The notes below the pieces were generated by a model, which did not search any database, was not told the origin of the DNA, and saw nothing but the letters and a program-made list of their open reading frames with translations. A DNA stretch of 64,000 nt, taken from Bacteroidales bacterium (GTDB lineage Bacteria > Bacteroidota > Bacteroidia > Bacteroidales > VadinHA17). Each line of letters begins with the position of its first letter. Position 1 is the stretch's first letter. Where the stretch lies: contig JANTGF010000009.1 in assembly GCA_024763075.1 (NCBI GenBank), forward strand, positions 21,149 to 85,148, read 5' to 3'. Position numbers and translations under genes: made by a program. Below are positions 58,262 through 64,000 of the stretch, piece after piece.

Positions 58262-60421
58262 TTATAACCAAATTGCATAGGTTAATTTCAGGATCAACTG
58301 ATTCGACTGGTAGCCCCAGCGATCTGTAATATCATTGATCATATTATGATTGTAAACTACAAAAAAATCCCCTTTTGGACTGAAAGTCCACCTCAGGCGT
58401 GTATTAGACCCCAGGTTCCTGCTGTCATTATCATATTGAATAAAAGAAGAAAGTTGCAAATCCGAGGAAAAATTCAGCATGATACGCCCTGCCCATAAAT
58501 CCTGAACAAAATCTCCTTCAGGAAGATAACCCAGGTTTCTTTCGAAGGAGAGTTCAAAGTTAAGAAAAGAAAAAGGCCGGAGGAACAGCTGCAATTCAAT
58601 CTGATCAAGTGTTCCATTGTAAAACCCTCCAAACCACCAGGTTATCTGTCCGTTAACTTTACGTTTACTTGCTGTTTCCAGCTCCACCCTGTAACGCATC
58701 CAGTGATACGGACCTGCCGGAATAACAACACCATCAACAATCTCAAAAGGCTCTTTTAATTGTTCTCCAACAGGCATAACATTAAACTCAAACCTGTCAC
58801 CACTTTCGAGTTTAAAATGGAAAGGTGCCATAAAAAAACGGTAACTTTCCCAGAAATTTGACAAGTCTGTAACTACACGAAAAGATGATTCAAAAAAGAA
58901 TTGCCTGATAAATGAGATATTCGGTCTGGGCATAAAGTCAACTCCCAACCGGTACATATTCACCCCTTTCCTGGGCACAAATCCCAAAGACGGGTCAAAA
59001 GAATTGCCTATTCTCTTATATCCTGCATATATATCCCACAAATCATTCGGATAATCAATGGAAACGCCAAAAGCAGATTTGTCACCAGACAGGCTGTCTC
59101 TGTTGTTCACCAAGCCCCAGCCTCCTATTAAAAAGTTTTTATCACCTCTGAAATAGGATGTTTTGTAGGTAAAATCCACTCCGGCAGTGAAACTATTTTC
59201 CCTGCCCTCCGGGTCACCCAATGTTGTTAAAAAGCCGAAATTCGACTCTTTACCTATGTTTTGTTTTACCCGTGCCACTCCAAGTGTTGTCTTCGGGACC
59301 AGGGAGTCAACCTCTCCCATATGAGTAACCAATCCGCTGAAATTTGTTCTTCCAACTTTCCCGTCCAATTTTCCACCCACAAGCAGGGGTACCTGCTGCC
59401 CCTTGTATAAACCTATTCTTCTTGAAAAATAAGGGATTATATCATACCCCAGTCCCATACCAAATTCATAGATATCGGCACCCTGTAAAAAAAAGTCGCG
59501 TTTTTCCGGATAAAATAAAGGAAATCGTGTAAGATTTGTACGTCTTGAATCAACCTCTGTTTCTGCAAAATCAGTATTCACTGTCAGTTGTCCGGTAATA
59601 TCCGGAGTAAATCTTTCCGTAAGGTCAAGACTGTTATGCCATTTGGTTTTTAAATCCGAATCAACACTATTGCTAAAATTCAGGTTGGATGATCCACGAA
59701 CAATTAAACCAATTCCCAGGTTAAAATCAGGTAAATTTGTCAGTAAACCGGCATTGCTGGTCTGTCCCAGCCGGATATCCCTGCTAATCGCTGTCCAACG
59801 GTCAACTTCAAGTTTTCGCTGAATTTTACGTTCAATATTAAAGCCCCATTCATCAATATTTTTATTGAATGAAAGTGTTTTCACCGGAATACTTATTTCC
59901 GTTGACCATCCATTCTCATTAATTTTTGCTTTGGCAGACCAGACCGCATCCCAATTCGAATTTTCACTTTCACCTATACGCGCAACCAGCGCATCATACC
60001 TGGAACCAAAAGGATTTACAGCAAAAATGAAACCGGTCCTCCCGTCAAGATAAGTGTCAAAAACAAATTTCACATAATCTTCCCCCCTGAGCTCAGAATC
60101 CCTGGCTTTGGAATAGGCCACAATATTCTCAGGATCATCATAACAAATAATTCCTACATAGATATTACGTTTATCCATAAGTATTTTAACAGTTGTACGA
60201 AGAGAGGCAGTTCCTCCTGTCTCCGGCTCCACCATTGTAAGAGATTTTATTCCAGAAGCCTGCTCCCATTCAACTTCATCCAGGACTCCATTCAATGAAA
60301 TCTTCCCTGTGATTTGTTGCGCTTTAATTACAGGTTTTTGATCCTGTCCAAAAAGAAAACCCGGAAGCAGGATCAATAATATAAAAATGAAAAATAGTAT
60401 GAATCTGTTGGTTAATTTCAT
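58262..60421 (-). CDS. CBM9-like domain plus DUF5916-type outer-membrane beta-barrel protein
   Basis: Signal peptide; LNGVLDE.EW, FDTYLDGR, VNPFG, NTDFAETEVD and NLTRFPLFYPEKRDFF motifs; start taken at ATG 60421. Confidence 0.8.
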   Translation of the reverse strand: MKLTNRFILFFIFILLILLPGFLFGQDQKPVIKAQQITGKISLNGVLDEVEWEQASGIKSLTMVEPETGGTASLRTTVKILMDKRNIYVGIICYDDPENIVAYSKARDSELRGEDYVKFVFDTYLDGRTGFIFAVNPFGSRYDALVARIGESENSNWDAVWSAKAKINENGWSTEISIPVKTLSFNKNIDEWGFNIERKIQRKLEVDRWTAISRDIRLGQTSNAGLLTNLPDFNLGIGLIVRGSSNLNFSNSVDSDLKTKWHNSLDLTERFTPDITGQLTVNTDFAETEVDSRRTNLTRFPLFYPEKRDFFLQGADIYEFGMGLGYDIIPYFSRRIGLYKGQQVPLLVGGKLDGKVGRTNFSGLVTHMGEVDSLVPKTTLGVARVKQNIGKESNFGFLTTLGDPEGRENSFTAGVDFTYKTSYFRGDKNFLIGGWGLVNNRDSLSGDKSAFGVSIDYPNDLWDIYAGYKRIGNSFDPSLGFVPRKGVNMYRLGVDFMPRPNISFIRQFFFESSFRVVTDLSNFWESYRFFMAPFHFKLESGDRFEFNVMPVGEQLKEPFEIVDGVVIPAGPYHWMRYRVELETASKRKVNGQITWWFGGFYNGTLDQIELQLFLRPFSFLNFELSFERNLGYLPEGDFVQDLWAGRIMLNFSSDLQLSSFIQYDNDSRNLGSNTRLRWTFSPKGDFFVVYNHNMINDITDRWGYQSNQLILKLTYAIWL

Positions 60422-60440
60422 TAAAGAATCACTTGAAAAA

Positions 60441-61484
60441 CTATGTGGAGAAAAAGTCTCCAATTTCAGCGATCACAAAATTAGTACTTAAACCGAATTG
60501 TTGTGCTGAATTGTTCAGCCAATTTTGCATTTCAAGGTTATTTAGAACTGATTTATTGTAATATTTTTCATCCTCCAGCCCACTGTAATGGACAGGCAAT
60601 ACAGTTTTTGGATGAATCCTTTCAATAAAATCAAAAACGGTAAAAGGGATACCTTCTTTCCAGTCAGATTGATCTTTCAAGTATTTAAAATAGCCTGAAT
60701 ACCTGTTACCGGAAGGTAAACCTGTATGTGGCTCCAGTACAACTTCCAATTTCAGGTTATTCATAAAATTTATCAGAGATTCTTTCCCCTGGTTATTACC
60801 AGTGGTCATACTCCAGTGATTGGATCGCGGATAAGGGAAACGATTATTAGAGTCCACTATGCAATAATCAACATTCTGTAACTCTTCATATGCCTGCTCA
60901 TTCAACAGGGGAAAAAGCACATCCCCGGAGAACAAAACTTTTGAATATTTTTCTTTTTCTACTTCAAATAAAAACATAGCTGCTCCTTTTGCTGAAACAC
61001 CATGAAAAACCGGAAAAGCAGTAACGGATATCTGATCTGCTTCAGGAATTTCTGATTTAACACCGGGTTCAAGCGGATGAAATGCTATAATCTCTTCAAG
61101 GTGAGGTATCGTTTCCAATATGGTATCCCAGCAATATTCAGTGGCATAAACCGGATACTTTTGTTTATTGTTAAATCTGTAATAGCTTTGAGCAATCCAG
61201 TCAATCCCCAGAAAATGGTCAAAATGCGGATGTGTAATAAAAAGTGCATCCGGTATCCGGTTGTAAAGTCTCAATAAATTAGGTATTGAGCCATGACCCG
61301 CATCAATCATCAACTCAGTTTCAAGATGTTCTCTGTCTTTTATACCTTTTTCAAACTGCATCAGTGAAAATGAGGCATTAGCATACTCAATCTCTCCATT
61401 ACGGCAATAAAAAGGATTCTCCTGTCCCAATGGAACCGGCCATGCATTTCCCCTTCCATTGATCCTTAAAAACCACTCATCCAT
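60441..61484 (-). CDS. MBL-fold metallohydrolase (PhnP/RNase Z-like)
   Basis: IDAG, THPHFDH, PVFHG, SGD, NH and VHYSG motifs. Confidence 0.8.
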   Translation of the reverse strand: MDEWFLRINGRGNAWPVPLGQENPFYCRNGEIEYANASFSLMQFEKGIKDREHLETELMIDAGHGSIPNLLRLYNRIPDALFITHPHFDHFLGIDWIAQSYYRFNNKQKYPVYATEYCWDTILETIPHLEEIIAFHPLEPGVKSEIPEADQISVTAFPVFHGVSAKGAAMFLFEVEKEKYSKVLFSGDVLFPLLNEQAYEELQNVDYCIVDSNNRFPYPRSNHWSMTTGNNQGKESLINFMNNLKLEVVLEPHTGLPSGNRYSGYFKYLKDQSDWKEGIPFTVFDFIERIHPKTVLPVHYSGLEDEKYYNKSVLNNLEMQNWLNNSAQQFGLSTNFVIAEIGDFFST

Positions 61485-61499
61485 TCAAATGTTTTGCTT

Positions 61500-63668
61500 T
61501 TATTTCACAATTTCCATTTCATCAAGCAAATACCCTGCTCCGGCATATTTATCAATTATAAAAAGAGCATATCTTATATCCAGTGAAATATTTCTGCACT
61601 GTTCAGGGTTAAACATAAGGTCACTCATCACCCCCTCCCATGCCCGGTCAAAATTTACACCAATCAACTGGCCTTCGGCATTTACAACAGGACTTCCTGA
61701 ATTCCCTCCTGTGGTATGATTGGTAGCGATAAAACAAACATGTATTTCTCCATCTTCGGCATACTGTCCGAAATCACCTGCTTCATATAATTCTTTCAAT
61801 TTATCAGGCACATCGTAGTCATAAATCTGAGGATTGTCCTTTTCCATAATCCCTTTAAGGGTAGTATAGTACTTATATTCCACTGCATCCCTTGGATTAT
61901 AAGCCTTCACATTTCCATAACTTAGACGAAGCGTAAAATTTGCATCCGGATAAAAAGTTTTATCCTTCTGATAATCCATAAGGGCTGCCATATATTTCCT
62001 GTTCAACTCCTTTAATCCAAAAGAAAGCCTCTGATATTCCGGATAAATCTTTCCAACCATAAGATCATCTGCATTTTTATATATATGATAAACCGGATCT
62101 TTTTCCAGCTTTTTTATTTTTGATTTAGTCGGATTATTAAGGATGTCCAATAAAAGTTCCTTCTTTGTAAAAATTGTTTTCTTATATACGGCATCCGTAA
62201 ACCCGGAATAATCATCCTTATATTTTGAATGGATATTTATAAAAACCGATGGTTGAAATTCAGGGGGCATACTTTCTGCATATTTTTGCATTAAAGCCGC
62301 AAACATTTTCCGATCTGTAGTAAGATTGTAATCTTTAAAAAAACTTTCTGTCATTTTTTTCAGATAATCAGATGCCCTGGAGATATCTTCCGGGTTTCCG
62401 TCGTTTGTAACCAACTCTGCGAGCTGGGAAAATCTTCCCGAAAACGCAATCAACTCAGCACCATTTCTAAAAAATACTTCATTTGCATAATCTCTAGCCA
62501 AACGATATTTCCCGTAATCTTTATACACTTTTCTGTAATTGGGCAGTAATGATTTGTATTCTTCATTCCCTGAAAGATTTGAAACAGCCCATTTCTGAAA
62601 TTCTACTTCAAAATTTTGCTTTTTAGCCAGTGCATCCAGTTTTTCCAGCCCTTTTATTTCGCCTATCCAGCGCTTCCAGGAATTACTGATGGATGCATAT
62701 TTGGCTGCATACTGAATTCGAACCTTTGGATCAGCAGACATTTGTGCATTTAAAATCTCCAGTTTTTTGTCTCTGACATCAATCAATTTGGGATATACTT
62801 CCTGAGTCAGCATCTTAATGTGGTAAGAAGGCACATATTCATAAGTACTTCCAGGATAACCAAAAACCATTGTAAAATCATCCGGATGAACTCCTTTTAA
62901 TGAAATGGGGAAGAAACCTGCCGGTTTATAAGGTATATTCTCCTGCGAAAATTCTGCGGGTTCGTTATTTTTATTGGCATAAATTCTGAAAATAGAAAAA
63001 TCTCCGGTATGCCTCGGCCACATCCAGTTATCCGTATCACCCCCAAATTTCCCAATGGCAGAGGGAGGAGCACCAACAAATCGTACATCCCTGAAAACTT
63101 CTTCAACAAAAAGAAAATACTGATTTCCTGCAAAGAAAGGCTCCACATGGGCCTGATAATGTGAATCTTTCGTTGCCTCCGCGATGATTTTTGTATTATT
63201 TTCTCTAATTCTGTTCTCTCTTTCTTTTTCGCTCATGCTATCTTTAACACCTTCCAGGGATCCCGTTGTCACCTCTTCCATTTTTTTTAGAAATGTAACT
63301 TTTAATCCGGGATTAGGTAGTTCTTCCTCCCTTGACATTGCCCAGAATCCATTCGTAAGATAATCGTGTTCTACGGTTGAATGCTTCTGGATGCTACGAT
63401 AACCACAATGATGATTTGTTATCAAAAGTCCTTCTCCGGAAATCAATTCAGCTGTACATCCACCGCCAAAGATCATAACAGCATCCTTCATACTTGCCTG
63501 ATTTACACTGTAGATATCTTCAGCAGTAAGTTTGAAACCTTTCTCCTGCATATCCTGAATATTCAACTTTTCAATAAGCAGGGGTATCCACATCCCTTCA
63601 TCACCGACAGCCGGTTTAACTGAAAGTAAAGTCAGTATTCCCAAAAATATTATTATGCTTTTTCTCAT
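61500..63668 (-). CDS. dpp11: S46 dipeptidyl peptidase, DPP11-like (Asp/Glu-specific)
   Basis: DEGMW, TNHHC, DNWMWPRHTGDF and HTTGGNSGSP motifs; FDR at the S1 position is DPP11-type (DPP7 has FDG). Confidence 0.8.
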   Translation of the reverse strand: MRKSIIIFLGILTLLSVKPAVGDEGMWIPLLIEKLNIQDMQEKGFKLTAEDIYSVNQASMKDAVMIFGGGCTAELISGEGLLITNHHCGYRSIQKHSTVEHDYLTNGFWAMSREEELPNPGLKVTFLKKMEEVTTGSLEGVKDSMSEKERENRIRENNTKIIAEATKDSHYQAHVEPFFAGNQYFLFVEEVFRDVRFVGAPPSAIGKFGGDTDNWMWPRHTGDFSIFRIYANKNNEPAEFSQENIPYKPAGFFPISLKGVHPDDFTMVFGYPGSTYEYVPSYHIKMLTQEVYPKLIDVRDKKLEILNAQMSADPKVRIQYAAKYASISNSWKRWIGEIKGLEKLDALAKKQNFEVEFQKWAVSNLSGNEEYKSLLPNYRKVYKDYGKYRLARDYANEVFFRNGAELIAFSGRFSQLAELVTNDGNPEDISRASDYLKKMTESFFKDYNLTTDRKMFAALMQKYAESMPPEFQPSVFINIHSKYKDDYSGFTDAVYKKTIFTKKELLLDILNNPTKSKIKKLEKDPVYHIYKNADDLMVGKIYPEYQRLSFGLKELNRKYMAALMDYQKDKTFYPDANFTLRLSYGNVKAYNPRDAVEYKYYTTLKGIMEKDNPQIYDYDVPDKLKELYEAGDFGQYAEDGEIHVCFIATNHTTGGNSGSPVVNAEGQLIGVNFDRAWEGVMSDLMFNPEQCRNISLDIRYALFIIDKYAGAGYLLDEMEIVK

Positions 63669-63683
63669 TTAAATAGCTTTAGT

Positions 63684-64000
63684 TTAAAAAAATTTAAGTT
63701 CTGCGTATAATTTATGTAGTGGAAGGCCCATCACATTATAAAACGAACCTTCAATTCTGTCAATACCAATGTACCCAATCCACTCCTGAATTCCATAAGC
63801 TCCGGCTTTATCATAAGGCCTGTATTTTTCAAGGTAATATTCTATCTCATCGTCCGCAAGTTTACTGAATAACACTTCTGTAGTAGCCGAAAACACCCTT
63901 TTTCCCATCCCCGACCTTAAACATACGCCAGTAATAACCGTATGTTTGTTCCCCGACAGATCTCTAAGCATTTGCAGGGCTTCCTTATAATCTTTTGGTT
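63684..64000 (-). CDS. maf: Maf-family nucleotide pyrophosphatase (5' end outside window)
   Basis: KP....EA.QML..LSG..H.V.TG, DKAGAYGIQ and GSFYNVMGLP motifs; frame open to the window edge. Confidence 0.92.
   Translation of the reverse strand, partial: PKDYKEALQMLRDLSGNKHTVITGVCLRSGMGKRVFSATTEVLFSKLADDEIEYYLEKYRPYDKAGAYGIQEWIGYIGIDRIEGSFYNVMGLPLHKLYAELKFF

Noticed and set aside
61500-63668. DPP7 call
   Set aside because: The S1 determinant is Arg (FDR) with HTTGGNSGS, matching DPP11.

Overview
A gene-dense, AT-rich chromosomal segment from a Bacteroidota bacterium, probably an anaerobic or facultative Bacteroidales/Marinilabiliales type. The assignment rests on TAnnTTTG -7 promoter elements, gldF-gldG-dnaN synteny, a T9SS C-terminal sorting domain and D-S/T-x O-glycosylation motifs. 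About 56 CDSs are present. Housekeeping genes: dnaN, dnaQ-like, pheT, surE, gmk, nadD, yicC and a partial maf. Other genes: futalosine-pathway menaquinone genes (mqnA-like, mqnP/ubiA-like), several peptidases, tryptophanase, and a co-oriented peptide/amino-acid fermentation cluster (ADP-forming acyl-CoA ligase, flavodoxin, aminotransferase, Vor-type 2-oxoacid oxidoreductase). A group 3d NAD-coupled [NiFe]-hydrogenase locus (hoxFUYHW, hypF/A/B, rex, Ni-transporter candidate) carries Rex-like operators but no hypCDE. I saw no rRNA, tRNA, CRISPR, transposase or prophage genes; two REP-like palindromic elements are present. Best novelty candidates: (1) a receptor-like membrane protein (TM, periplasmic sensor, TM) with an intact cytoplasmic Schlafen/AlbA_2 RNase-type domain; (2) a Trp-less uORF plus hairpin/terminator leader upstream of tryptophanase; (3) an operon of a ceramide-synthase-like GNAT, a GT2 and a GT-C; (4) a Cys-rich protein inside the hyp cluster. 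All family calls come from motif recognition by eye; no database searches were run.
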